In this document: positions 29,213-39,245 of the stretch, piece by piece
Layout: each line of letters begins with the position of its first letter
Position numbering within the stretch: the stretch's first letter is position 1
From: a virus
Taxonomy: Duplodnaviria; Caudoviricetes
Strand: one strand, 5' to 3'
Length of the DNA: 64,000 nt
Virus record (IMG/VR): IMGVR_UViG_3300016670_000048
Span: 22,181-86,180 of that record
Made by a program: the position numbers and the translations under genes
The notes under the pieces: model-generated
Databases searched by the model: none
What the model saw: the letters and a program-made list of their open reading frames with translations, nothing else
What the model was told of the DNA's origin: nothing

Positions 29213-29734
29213 TTACAACTGCCAACGAGTAGGAACTTCAGCACCAAGGGCTTCCATAGCTGCCACTTCTGCGGAGTCGAACCGGGTATTACTGCCTACA
29301 TTATAACTCAGACTTACAGCTTGCAGTACCCAATCACGGGTCTCAGTGGTACTGGACAAAGTAGTGTCAGGAACTGTTGCTACAAAAGCTTGATTGCTGG
29401 AGAACAAAGTTGTACCACTGTTATCTTTTGCGGTAAGTGCAACCACCCAATTATCAGAATCGTCTTCTTCATCGGCGCGTTGCAAAGCTTGCAACACAGC
29501 ATTAGATGGACTAAATTGATGGAGTGTTAGTGTAATAGTCGCAGCTTTATTACGCCGCTTCACACGGCCTGCTGACAAGTCACTTCCTACGTAAAGCTCT
29601 GAAGCGGGTGTAATGCGACTAACATTTAAAAAGGTGCCATCTGCATACCCTTGAATAGTATGAACAAACTCACCTTTACTCAGAACAATTACAACAGACT
29701 CTGGGCTATAGTTACCTAAGAGAGCATCTGCCAT
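29213..29734 (-). CDS. tail tube protein (DUF3277 family)
   Basis: NYSPESV, SPSNAVL, AKDNSG, RDWVL; first tube-like gene after sheath. Confidence 0.85.
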   Translation of the reverse strand: MADALLGNYSPESVVIVLSKGEFVHTIQGYADGTFLNVSRITPASELYVGSDLSAGRVKRRNKAATITLTLHQFSPSNAVLQALQRADEEDDSDNWVVALTAKDNSGTTLFSSNQAFVATVPDTTLSSTTETRDWVLQAVSLSYNVGSNTRFDSAEVAAMEALGAEVPTRWQL

Positions 29735-30547
29735 TTAAACCTCTATATTTTCATTAATTTTATAAGAAAATCTAGGGTCTTTATTTTTAAGTCCTCTAGA
29801 TATTGTGCATGCCGAATAATTTGAAAACTTTCCGGCCAGTTTGATCGAATCATAAAGTACATCATCTACATATACAGCTTTTGAATTTGGGCAAAGCTTA
29901 CCGGTTTTCCCAGTTGTTGGGTGGTCTAAACCACAAGTTTCAGAGTTACCTTGTTGTTCAATAAAGCCGTCGTATATTCTTTTTCTTAGTGTGGGTATAG
30001 TCTTACTTAATATATAAGAGGCAGTTTCAAAGTTATTAAACCAAAACCCTGCGACATAGACTGGAGCATTAGCCGGATTCTTAACTCTGTTCTTACTAAT
30101 GAACTCACCAGCACGACCTTCCCTAAGCATTCTATAGAGCATGCCTTTGGATATTGAAATGTGCTTTAGACAAGTTCTGGCGTTCGGAAACCAGAATCCC
30201 ATAACAAACAAGGGAGTATCATCACTCCTATTTGAAATTTTATGTCCTGATCCACCTTCTCCACCAGCTCTAATATTATAGCCATTGTTTATAGAATCGT
30301 AAGCAACAATGGCCTTCTTTTCCAAGTCGATAATATATTCACGAGAACCTTCACAAAGAATTATAAACTCAAAATTTTCAGGCCCGTATTTATCAATAGC
30401 CAACTTAATAATAGAAATAGTCTTTTTAGATCTATGATTGAAATGTTGATATTTTCGTCTTTCAACGTCACCAGACATCCCAATATAAACTTTATCATTG
30501 ACACTATTTACAATTTTATAAAGATAGTAAGATTTAAAAGAATTCAT
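29735..30547 (-). CDS. GIY-YIG homing endonuclease (Seg-like)
   Basis: YYLYKIVNSVNDKVYIG...R...H, GYNIRAGGEG; NUMOD-like repeats. Confidence 0.92.
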   Translation of the reverse strand: MNSFKSYYLYKIVNSVNDKVYIGMSGDVERRKYQHFNHRSKKTISIIKLAIDKYGPENFEFIILCEGSREYIIDLEKKAIVAYDSINNGYNIRAGGEGGSGHKISNRSDDTPLFVMGFWFPNARTCLKHISISKGMLYRMLREGRAGEFISKNRVKNPANAPVYVAGFWFNNFETASYILSKTIPTLRKRIYDGFIEQQGNSETCGLDHPTTGKTGKLCPNSKAVYVDDVLYDSIKLAGKFSNYSACTISRGLKNKDPRFSYKINENIEV

Positions 30548-30607
30548 GCAGCCTCCTAGATAATTTGACTAACTAGTCTATCATATAAAAGGCTGCATAT
30601 CAACAGA

Positions 30608-31891
30608 TCACACAGCAAGATACCCGTTGATGATAACCTTACGGATACTGCCAGCCAATCGTACACGGAACTGGAATACGCCAGCAGTACGAAGGGCACG
30701 AAGGTTAGCCGGAATTTCCAGTACATCGGGAACGGTCACGCTCCAACCACGATCAATTGCACCATTAGCTTCAGCTTGAGATAGTACAGAACGAATTTCG
30801 TTTTCAATGATAACCAAACCAGCGTTAGTCATCGGAACCTTCAAGGTATTAACTAGGCGGAAGTAAATTTGTTCCTGAAGTCGGGCATAAAGCCAGTCCT
30901 CGATGATCACTTGGTCAATCGGAGTACCATCAAACATGTTACCGTCTTGAAAGACGTTTACACCACCAACAGTGGTGTACATGTTCATATTTTTAGCACG
31001 AAGATTTACACGAGCAGTGTCATTCAGCTTGCTTACAGTTGCACCAACACCACGCTTGAAGTCCCAATCATTAGAACCCGGAGTGTAAGCCAATTGACTA
31101 CCCATCCAAACCGCTTCTGGATATTCAGCATCAGCAGTGGGTAAGTAAACACCGTAAGTACGGCCAGCACTAATGGAATCAAGAATGTAGGCAATGTCAG
31201 TAGTACCATTGGTGGGAACTACAGTATCTTGACTAGAAGTACCAAAGATCTTACGACGTGCTTGAATAGCCGCACTAAGGGCTTGTACATCAGCAGGGGT
31301 GTGTGTTTCGGTTACCAGAGCATACCAGACGTCATTATCATCACTTACCGCTGTCAATGAATCTGCCCAAGTTTCAACAGGTGCTGCGTTCACACCTACA
31401 AGATTGGCAGAAGCTCTCACACTCCAAGGGGTCCCTACAACAGTTGGGGCAACAATAAGAGTGGATGTACCACTGACGGTGATGCCCGTAGGAGTACCAA
31501 TCGCTGCTTTCAGGCCGGTTACAATAGTAGTGGCAGTTGCACCGACACCGGACGTAAAGGAATAAAGAACTCCGTTAACAGTAGCCGTGTACACCGTGCT
31601 ATCAGCAACTGTTGGTGTAAAAGTTACGCTGTTAACTTGACGACGACCAACCACGATACTTGGAGGAACGGCACCAACAGTTGACTGACCGAACAGTTTT
31701 TGGGCAATGACATACACTTTATCAGTAGAACTGAAGTCGTCAGTAACAGCATCAAAGTCTGTATAAGTGCGTGTACGTTCAGAGAAGTTTGTAAAGGCTG
31801 CAAGAATCAGAGGAATCTGAAAACTGGCAGTTGCCACTGGAGTAGACTCACGGGTCAGCGTGATTTGGATAATCTGGTCAAGCTCGCTCAT
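30608..31891 (-). CDS. tail sheath protein (DUF3383 family)
   Basis: FQIPLIL, DWLYARLQEQI, KVPMTNAG. Confidence 0.92.
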   Translation of the reverse strand: MSELDQIIQITLTRESTPVATASFQIPLILAAFTNFSERTRTYTDFDAVTDDFSSTDKVYVIAQKLFGQSTVGAVPPSIVVGRRQVNSVTFTPTVADSTVYTATVNGVLYSFTSGVGATATTIVTGLKAAIGTPTGITVSGTSTLIVAPTVVGTPWSVRASANLVGVNAAPVETWADSLTAVSDDNDVWYALVTETHTPADVQALSAAIQARRKIFGTSSQDTVVPTNGTTDIAYILDSISAGRTYGVYLPTADAEYPEAVWMGSQLAYTPGSNDWDFKRGVGATVSKLNDTARVNLRAKNMNMYTTVGGVNVFQDGNMFDGTPIDQVIIEDWLYARLQEQIYFRLVNTLKVPMTNAGLVIIENEIRSVLSQAEANGAIDRGWSVTVPDVLEIPANLRALRTAGVFQFRVRLAGSIRKVIINGYLAV

Positions 31892-31975
31892 GCGGCTACC
31901 TCACTTGGTTGAAAAGACATTCGTTAATCCTTATTAGACTTTATTTATATTGCGGCATACGAATGCCTTCTGTTA

Positions 31976-32515
31976 CTAGTATGGAGGGATTGGACCTTCA
32001 GGAACTCTAAAAATACTTGGCTCTGTTTGATTTTCAACAATCACAGCTTCAATTAAATCTATAACTTGAGTGGTACAAATAGTGTAAGAAAAAGTCACAT
32101 CTATATTGTGATATTCAACCCACTTTGTATCTCGCTTCTGTGGAGACCTTCTAATTTGACTCTTTCGCATTACACCGAGTTTATTTCTACCCAGCTCTTC
32201 AAAGACTTGACAGTTGTTATTGATTCTTTGTGTAAAGCTTTGGGACATATCACCAGACAAACTACCAATAAAACTGAACTGTACCATTACTTCATAACTG
32301 GCCTGAATAGTCTGGGTTTCAGTAGTTTCATTTAATCTCGTAGAAGTACTATGATGCCCCTGTTGTACAATATTTAGAATATTAACAACAACATAACTGG
32401 CAGAAGGCTCTGGTCCATTCTCATGACTAAAAATGACGATAGGATTTGTAAATTCTGAAAGAGCTGCGAGAGCACTTTTACGAATAGCAGCCTTTACATC
32501 ACTATAAACTGCCAT
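31976..32515 (-). CDS. tail terminator / neck protein
   Basis: Position upstream of sheath. Confidence 0.7.
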   Translation of the reverse strand: MAVYSDVKAAIRKSALAALSEFTNPIVIFSHENGPEPSASYVVVNILNIVQQGHHSTSTRLNETTETQTIQASYEVMVQFSFIGSLSGDMSQSFTQRINNNCQVFEELGRNKLGVMRKSQIRRSPQKRDTKWVEYHNIDVTFSYTICTTQVIDLIEAVIVENQTEPSIFRVPEGPIPPY

Positions 32516-33018
32516 CAGTTAGCTCCCTTCTTTTCTACTTTAGCTGTTACATTGGCAATCAACTCACTAGTCTCTACCAAAGGATTGTTGAAGCCTTTAA
32601 GCTCCTCGGTCTTTGGTGAGTTCATTGGTGTGTCCCAGTCAAGCATTACTTTACGGAGAGTGCGTTCAAAGTTATTAGTTGTTTTTTGCATAGCTATTAA
32701 CACTGACTTACCTGTCAGTACAGCTTGAACCATATCCTTGAAGTCATCCTTGTTTGCACCAGCTTTGAATGCAACTGGGAGCCCTACACGCATGAAAGGT
32801 CTTGGTGGTGTTATAGAACCGGGGAATGCAGATCCCGCACCATTGACATGACCTTCTTCGTTCAAGAATGCAACCTGAGCATAAGGTAAGTTGTCATTAT
32901 CTGGTCCATAATTCTGTCCCTCATGCCAGCCTACGTTAACTTCATATTGATCAGCTTGCAGCAAACTCTTCTTGATCTTTTCCCAACCCGACTTATCTAC
33001 CTTCAACTTAAAAGACAT
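32515..33018 (-). CDS. tail completion/neck protein (HK97 gp10-like), copy 2
   Basis: PPRPFMR, NSPKT...KGFNNPL. Confidence 0.8.
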   Translation of the reverse strand: MSFKLKVDKSGWEKIKKSLLQADQYEVNVGWHEGQNYGPDNDNLPYAQVAFLNEEGHVNGAGSAFPGSITPPRPFMRVGLPVAFKAGANKDDFKDMVQAVLTGKSVLIAMQKTTNNFERTLRKVMLDWDTPMNSPKTEELKGFNNPLVETSELIANVTAKVEKKGAN

Positions 33019-33030
33019 TGTTCATATCCT

Positions 33031-33399
33031 TTAATTTGGAGTTAATTCTACGCGGGTACATTTCGCCTCGCGATGATCTACAACACCCATCTTATAGTTT
33101 CTTACAGCCATGACTTCGTACAGATCACCATCCCACATGAATCTGTCAGCGCCATAGCCATTGACCCCTTCCTTCTTTTGTCGTACTAAATCAGACGTGA
33201 ATAACCACACCCAACTTTTAGTTCTGTCAGATTCAGGAAGTATCATCACTTGATAGTCTGAAAAGGGGTGGACGTTAGCTTGGATAGTTACTGTTGTTTC
33301 AACACCCTCAACCCATTCACCGTCAACATAATCACCCTCAGCATGTCTCAGAATATCCACAGGAGTCTTCTTAACTAACGAGAATTGTGCAATAGACAT
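33031..33399 (-). CDS. head closure protein
   Basis: GDYVDGEWVEG...QANVHP, ADRFMWDG. Confidence 0.8.
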   Translation of the reverse strand: MSIAQFSLVKKTPVDILRHAEGDYVDGEWVEGVETTVTIQANVHPFSDYQVMILPESDRTKSWVWLFTSDLVRQKKEGVNGYGADRFMWDGDLYEVMAVRNYKMGVVDHREAKCTRVELTPN

Positions 33400-33881
33400 T
33401 AATCACTTCCTCTATTAGCTACTTTAAAATCAACGGAATTGTAAAGAGTATCAGAATCCCTAAGAGGGTCGTTGAAACCTTTTTCAGAGACAGTGAGCGG
33501 TGAGTTTGGCGGTGTATCCCAGTCTGCAACAGCTTTCTTCAGGTCAGCCTTGGCTTGTACACCAATCTTCGTATATTCTTGTTTGAAGGTACTACTTCCC
33601 GATGCAATCCTTTGCATACTTTCCACAAAGAGTTTGTCATATGATCCCTTTTTAATAGGGGCCATAAAACCAACACGAATTGCTGGACGCGTTGGGATGT
33701 TCTGAGCAGGAAGGCCTTCCTCTTGCCATTGCCAAACTTGAGCTACGGATAGGTTGTCATTGTCAGAACCATAATATGTTGGCTCAACAATACCCACTTG
33801 AACTTCTAGATTAGATCCTTTTAGGATTTCTTTTTTGAGCTTGCTCCAACCGGATTTGTCAACCTTCAATTTGAAACCCAT
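33399..33881 (-). CDS. tail completion/neck protein (HK97 gp10-like), copy 1
   Basis: IPTRPAIR, NSPLT...KGFNDPL; ATG overlaps upstream stop. Confidence 0.8.
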   Translation of the reverse strand: MGFKLKVDKSGWSKLKKEILKGSNLEVQVGIVEPTYYGSDNDNLSVAQVWQWQEEGLPAQNIPTRPAIRVGFMAPIKKGSYDKLFVESMQRIASGSSTFKQEYTKIGVQAKADLKKAVADWDTPPNSPLTVSEKGFNDPLRDSDTLYNSVDFKVANRGSD

Positions 33882-34372
33882 TAAAAATTCTCCAGTTCCC
33901 ATCCAACAAACTGGATAGCTGAATCTAGACCAAAGAATACAGAAGCATCTCTAGTAGAATTTCCATGATTATAGGGCTTCTCACCTTTATCAAATCCTTG
34001 ATAAATAGGTTGAATATTATTATCCTGATTACCATCATTGCAGAACATATCTTGTTTGCTGATACCACCAGCATAAGGAATGATCTTTGATGTCAGAAGA
34101 GAGGCAGGTGTCTTGATAATATTTTGAAGGGCGGCTAAATAAGCAGTCGAATAGCTGTTCCACACCTCATAATTTCCTGCTCGTTCACGGGTTGGATAAC
34201 TAGCAATTCGTAATGAAATAATGATTGCAGCTTTGATTGCAGCTTGCCAAACATCACCATTAGTTGTTTCTAAAAGATATTCGTAGGTTTCATCATCAAG
34301 AATCTGGTACAAGGGATTTGTAGGAACATCCCCAACAATGATTTTAACCTTTTCAACGTCTGTTAGGGCCAT
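33881..34372 (-). CDS. head-tail adaptor
   Basis: VKIIVGD...LDDETY, PYAGGIS. Confidence 0.8.
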   Translation of the reverse strand: MALTDVEKVKIIVGDVPTNPLYQILDDETYEYLLETTNGDVWQAAIKAAIIISLRIASYPTRERAGNYEVWNSYSTAYLAALQNIIKTPASLLTSKIIPYAGGISKQDMFCNDGNQDNNIQPIYQGFDKGEKPYNHGNSTRDASVFFGLDSAIQFVGWELENF

Positions 34373-34419
34373 GCAGCCTCCTTATAGAATTAAAGGAGGG
34401 CAGACAAGCTGCCCTTATA

Positions 34420-34680
34420 TCAACTGGCAGGCATAATCCCAGCAGCGATGAGTTTTGTAAGCAGAGCATTGTATGCAGTCGTCACAGCAGCCAAATCAGC
34501 AAAAGCCGGAGATTGCTGTGCAGTAAAAGTAATTTGTTTAACTTTACCTGCGACAGTAGTAGTAGCGGCGGGAGTGGTTGCACCAGTGACGGAACTATTA
34601 GTTTCAGTAGCTACACGGTCAATGACATCAAACACATCTCCCCAAGAACGTTCTTGGATAGTTGTTACAGTAACAGCCAT
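34420..34680 (-). CDS. small virion protein (head-fibre-like)
   Basis: ATTTVAGKVKQ...YNALLTKLIAAGIM pattern. Confidence 0.6.
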   Translation of the reverse strand: MAVTVTTIQERSWGDVFDVIDRVATETNSSVTGATTPAATTTVAGKVKQITFTAQQSPAFADLAAVTTAYNALLTKLIAAGIMPAS

Positions 34681-34744
34681 TTTAAACTCCTAATCTATTT
34701 AAACTGTAAGGGCACCAAAACGATGCCCTTTATTCTAAGACCTA

Positions 34745-35788
34745 TTAAGTCGAAGAAATCAGTTTAACCAGCACTTGAGGCTGAGTTGCGAAGTACAGAG
34801 GCGAAGTCTCAACTTGCATTTCATGGAATTCATCTTTAGGATCGGTGAACTCATATGCAAACATTTCAACGCCCGGACCATTAGCACCCGACAGTTTGTT
34901 GCTTGGACCGTAGTAACCACGGAACAGATCATTTACAACTGGGATAACGTGGCCAGTGTCGGTAGCAACAGCTACTTCAGTGGTGTCGTTAGGCAGTTTG
35001 AAGATGTGATCGTAGGTGATGAAAGTTACACCTTTGTAGGTGAACTGATCAACCGAACCCCAAGCCATGAACTGGTTGGTGCTATTACGGTTGATTTCAA
35101 CTTGGGAAGCGTAGTACAGATAAGCTTGACGAATCTGTGGGTGGCTAACCAGTTTATCAAAGAACGAACCATCAACAACAACACGAATACCGCCACCAAT
35201 GGTGGAACCAGTTTTCAGGTTGGTTTGCAGATAGCGCTTCAGTTGCGAGATTTTAGCGTTAACATCAGTAGCAGCATCACCAAGGTCAAAGTCAATCACT
35301 TGCTGAGTAACACCAAACTCGGTGAACATGTCTGCAATTACAGCACCGTCGGGGGTCTTCATAATCCCCTTAACAGCTTGCAGCTTCATGTACTCAAGCG
35401 ATTGCTCAACTTGTGCACGCATGTCAGTCAGTTTTTGTACACGGACATTAGCCAGTTGCTCAGGAGAGTCTGGGGTGCCCGGCATACGCCAGCCTTGAAT
35501 ATCTTCTGGGGTGATATAGTCGCTATGCTTGAAGTAAGCCAGTGGCAGCGAGAAGGTTTGTACCTGACGGTCATTACCTTTGGTAGTCTCACGACTACGA
35601 CGAGATACTTGTGGCAGCAGGGTGGTGTCATTCATGCTCTTATCGAACACGATTGCAGTTTGAGTAGTACCTTGGGTACGGAACAGGCCCATACCGCCAA
35701 TCAAACCAGCTTGGTTATCAAGGTTATTAATTTCTTGGGTCCAGTCTACAAGCTGGAAGCCATTACCATACGAGCGGGTAGTTGCCAT
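34745..35788 (-). CDS. major capsid protein (HK97 fold, gpE-like)
   Basis: Position after scaffold and decoration genes; EYMKLQAVKG, QVETSPL. Confidence 0.92.
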   Translation of the reverse strand: MATTRSYGNGFQLVDWTQEINNLDNQAGLIGGMGLFRTQGTTQTAIVFDKSMNDTTLLPQVSRRSRETTKGNDRQVQTFSLPLAYFKHSDYITPEDIQGWRMPGTPDSPEQLANVRVQKLTDMRAQVEQSLEYMKLQAVKGIMKTPDGAVIADMFTEFGVTQQVIDFDLGDAATDVNAKISQLKRYLQTNLKTGSTIGGGIRVVVDGSFFDKLVSHPQIRQAYLYYASQVEINRNSTNQFMAWGSVDQFTYKGVTFITYDHIFKLPNDTTEVAVATDTGHVIPVVNDLFRGYYGPSNKLSGANGPGVEMFAYEFTDPKDEFHEMQVETSPLYFATQPQVLVKLISST

Positions 35789-35801
35789 TATTTACTGTTC
35801 C

Positions 35802-36230
35802 TTACGCGAATTGATTTGGTTGTTCGATGAGCTTGATACCCACAGCTTCCATTTGGGCATAAACAGCAGCCAGCTCAGGAGCGGTATCAACGGAAGCACC
35901 AAATACGAGATTTGCCTTACCTACACCAGCAGGGCCACGGAACAGAACAACTACGTTAGTATCAGTGGTTGCAGCAATAGTTTGTTTGTTGTCGCCTTTA
36001 GGTTCGCCAATATAAATACCAGCAAAGTTTTGGCTACCGTCAGAGGCAGTGGCTTCCAAGATTTTGTACTTACCAGTAGCAGTAACTTTGCCGAGAACGG
36101 TGCCGATTACATAAGTTTTGATTGCAGCTTCGTTAGCAACAACTACGTCACGGCAGTGACCGTATTCAGGGTGGTCTTCATATTGCAGAACTGCGCCGAG
36201 GCGAGTAGAGCGGGTTTCGATTGCAGCCAT
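35802..36230 (-). CDS. head decoration protein
   Basis: GTVLGKVTATGKY motif. Confidence 0.85.
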   Translation of the reverse strand: MAAIETRSTRLGAVLQYEDHPEYGHCRDVVVANEAAIKTYVIGTVLGKVTATGKYKILEATASDGSQNFAGIYIGEPKGDNKQTIAATTDTNVVVLFRGPAGVGKANLVFGASVDTAPELAAVYAQMEAVGIKLIEQPNQFA

Positions 36231-36270
36231 ATTATTTGAAACTCCTAGCTAGGATAATTGATAAACAATA

Positions 36271-37230
36271 TTATTGTTTTTTACTTTTATTAATAAGTTC
36301 ACCAACAAGAGCTAGACCTGCGTCTTCTTGCTTCTTAGGCTCACCTTCACCACTAACACCTTTCTCTTTGAAAAGGTCAGAGTTTGCTTCTTCTTCGGAT
36401 TTAGCACCCAAAGCTTTCAACATTACTTCAAATGCTTCATCGCCCAAAGCTTCGGTTGCTTTGTACAGCGATTCACCATCTTCTTTGTTGAGACTTTTAA
36501 CAGTTGCAATTTTAGCTTTACGAGCTTTGGCAACTACTTCCATCTTTTCTTTCTTAAACTCTTCAACTTCACCAAGAGCTTTAGTCAGTTCAGTCTCCAA
36601 TTCACCAATCTTCGACTTGAGAATTGCTTCAGCAGCATCAACTGCTTTCTTGATTTCTTGTTCCAAAATTTCTACCTCAGACTTTTTAAGTTCTTGTGCT
36701 TTAAACATCTCAACAAGATGTTTTTTAGTACCATCATTTTGAAGGGCTTTAGTTACAAGACTATAGATTCCTTCTTCAAGTTTATCTTCCGCATCTTCAG
36801 ACAGAAGCATTTCCCCAGTCGCCGCTACGTAAGAAATTTCACGGGTCATAGGTGGGGCCAAGTCACCTAAAGTAACTTTTCCATCTACAAGAGAGTAATC
36901 TACCGAAAATAGACCACCCTCACTACAGAAGAGAACAATGGAATCATTATAGTCTTCTACATACAGCCAATGATCGTCATCCCCGAAAGCCTCACGTACT
37001 GCACTGGAAAGTGCATCACTGATTTTGGATGCGTACATTGATTTATTGATAAGTCCTTTATCAAGCCCAAGAGCTTCAAGAGCCTTTGTAATTTCTTCAG
37101 TAGCTTCTACATCACTTTTCATGAGCAGAGATACGTTACGACCGTTAGCAGCGCCACCTTGTAGCTCGTTATGAGTGAGTGCAAGATGAGGACGCTTACT
37201 ATCGTCTTTTGTCTTAATGATCAAAGTCAT
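36271..37230 (-). CDS. scaffolding protein
   Basis: Glu/Lys-rich coiled coil upstream of capsid genes. Confidence 0.75.
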   Translation of the reverse strand: MTLIIKTKDDSKRPHLALTHNELQGGAANGRNVSLLMKSDVEATEEITKALEALGLDKGLINKSMYASKISDALSSAVREAFGDDDHWLYVEDYNDSIVLFCSEGGLFSVDYSLVDGKVTLGDLAPPMTREISYVAATGEMLLSEDAEDKLEEGIYSLVTKALQNDGTKKHLVEMFKAQELKKSEVEILEQEIKKAVDAAEAILKSKIGELETELTKALGEVEEFKKEKMEVVAKARKAKIATVKSLNKEDGESLYKATEALGDEAFEVMLKALGAKSEEEANSDLFKEKGVSGEGEPKKQEDAGLALVGELINKSKKQ

Positions 37231-37748
37231 TCTTCACCACCATCAAATGTGACATTGGTGATTTCACCAGTCTTTTGGTTGATCTTTCCTTTACCACCAA
37301 TACTTACACCACCAATTACGCCAGCTTTCTTGAGATTCCAAAGATCCTCGCTGTTGTATTTAATCTTGGCAACCCAAGTACCAGCTTTAATAACTTCGCC
37401 AGTTTGAACAACCTTTACATCCAATTCCTTTTGAACCCAAGTAGATTCAATAGTGAATGCGTCAGTAGATTCAAGATGGAAGAGGTTCGAATTAACAACC
37501 CCTTTCTCAAGATTCTGATTGAAGTTCTCACAAGCTTTTTCAATAGTCTCTTCAGACATCCATTCCCCATGAGCATCCTTCACTAGAGGCTCGTAGACAA
37601 CTTCATAAGACACCATCTCTTCATTGACTTCTTCAACTACAGGAGTGTTATTAGTGGCACCAAAGTATTTCTCAATGAACTCAGCGAATCCTTCAAGAAT
37701 ACCCTTCTTCAGCTCTGCTGAGCCTTCTTCAATTTTATCTGTCATCAA
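37227..37748 (-). CDS. XkdF-like putative prohead protease-domain protein
   Basis: YEPLVKDAHGEW, NLFH, GTWV, GVSIGG. Confidence 0.75.
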   Translation of the reverse strand: MMTDKIEEGSAELKKGILEGFAEFIEKYFGATNNTPVVEEVNEEMVSYEVVYEPLVKDAHGEWMSEETIEKACENFNQNLEKGVVNSNLFHLESTDAFTIESTWVQKELDVKVVQTGEVIKAGTWVAKIKYNSEDLWNLKKAGVIGGVSIGGKGKINQKTGEITNVTFDGGEE

Positions 37749-39220
37749 GTATTCTCATTATTTCCGACTGAGCTATCATCGCCACCGATTGGACTTTTAC
37801 TTGTCCCTTCACCCGCTGTTTGCATACCTTCTGCTGCACCTGAATCATATCCAGTCAGTTGAGGACGAAGATCATCAATACTAACTTCAGAATCGAACTT
37901 AGTTGGCAACCCTACCCACTCAGCAACTTGGTTAATATTTTCAGGAGTAACAGCAATTAAGCCAACCGATGCAGCACGTTGTAAATACTTGGAAAGGACA
38001 TCCAAATCTTCTTCTTTAATTTGATCATATTCGAACTTAGGGAGACGGTCTAGTGACCAACCATTGAGTCCGAACAACTGAGGAATCAAATCAGAGTTGA
38101 GGGGATCTTGAATTTCTTTCAGATAATTCTCAACAGCCATATGCACAATGGACGACTTAGAATCCGCTAGATTGAAAGATCCACCTTTAGAGTTACCCAT
38201 CTGCAAGATATCGGCAAACAATGCTTGAAGAATCTTGTTATCCCAACGAATGATTGCTTTGTCAGTGTCATATTGACTCGCATTAGGTGGGCCAATCAGT
38301 TCAAAATCAAACAGGCTGTTATTCTGATCATCATAGAACTTAGGAAGAATAATACAGGCTTGTTCATTGTTCTGAAGATTACGGCCAATATTCTTAAAAG
38401 CTTCCACTGTAGCTTTTTGGTCAGAAGTAGAATCTTCTTTCAAATAATCGGCGGGCAATTCAAACTTAGGAATGCCACCAAGACCACGAGTGATACCGAC
38501 AGCCTCAGATTCTTCAATCTGTTTACGATAACGCCAAGCCTTGTAAACTTTAGAGAGGGGGGAGCGACCTTGCGGATTATCTCGGCTTACATCAGTTCGG
38601 AACAGAAGGAACTTCTTACGTTCAATATCAATCTGTCCACCATAATCTTTGCTATTAGCTAGACGATATCCATCAACTAGAAAGCCTGTATCTTGAACAA
38701 CACCGAGGAGATCACGCCCATCATCACTGAATAGCCAACGGTAAACAGTGGTCTGAGAACGAGTGGCAAGTTTAGCAATACCAACCAAGCCATCATCGTA
38801 TTTAGAACCAGTACCTTTCCGGCGGCGGCGATAGACCTTCTCTTGAATAGCATATCCGTATGTGAACATGCTAGTCACTTCCTTGATAAAGGAGAACCAA
38901 CTATGATCCATGTCATCCATGCACTGTTGCAAGAACTGGACTTTCTTCAAATCATCTTCAGTAGGATCAACAGGAGGAACCACTTTCCAATTAACCCGAC
39001 TAATCATCATTGAGAACAGTGAAAGAGCAGAAGCAATAGTTGCATCCTCTCCCATTTCTTGGTATGTTCTATTGGAGCGAGGCCACTGTAGATCCTTTCG
39101 CATCTCCTCAAGAATAATACCGTCAAATTCTCTCAAGCCCAACCAGCCCGTTTCACCCATCTTAATGCGGAGGGCTGGATTATCACCGGCAGAGAGATTT
39201 AAATTGTCATTTTCTGCCAT
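37745..39220 (-). CDS. portal protein
   Basis: Follows TerL; NPQGRSPL, GGSFNLA. Confidence 0.9.
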   Translation of the reverse strand: MAENDNLNLSAGDNPALRIKMGETGWLGLREFDGIILEEMRKDLQWPRSNRTYQEMGEDATIASALSLFSMMISRVNWKVVPPVDPTEDDLKKVQFLQQCMDDMDHSWFSFIKEVTSMFTYGYAIQEKVYRRRRKGTGSKYDDGLVGIAKLATRSQTTVYRWLFSDDGRDLLGVVQDTGFLVDGYRLANSKDYGGQIDIERKKFLLFRTDVSRDNPQGRSPLSKVYKAWRYRKQIEESEAVGITRGLGGIPKFELPADYLKEDSTSDQKATVEAFKNIGRNLQNNEQACIILPKFYDDQNNSLFDFELIGPPNASQYDTDKAIIRWDNKILQALFADILQMGNSKGGSFNLADSKSSIVHMAVENYLKEIQDPLNSDLIPQLFGLNGWSLDRLPKFEYDQIKEEDLDVLSKYLQRAASVGLIAVTPENINQVAEWVGLPTKFDSEVSIDDLRPQLTGYDSGAAEGMQTAGEGTSKSPIGGDDSSVGNNENT

Positions 39221-39245
39221 GTTATTCCTTTGTAAGATAGGCTAT

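Noticed and set aside
34775-35830. 351-aa antisense ORF over the major capsid gene (also 36..884, 36328..36870 and others)
   Set aside because: Shadow of biased codon usage in highly expressed genes; no RBS or recognisable motifs
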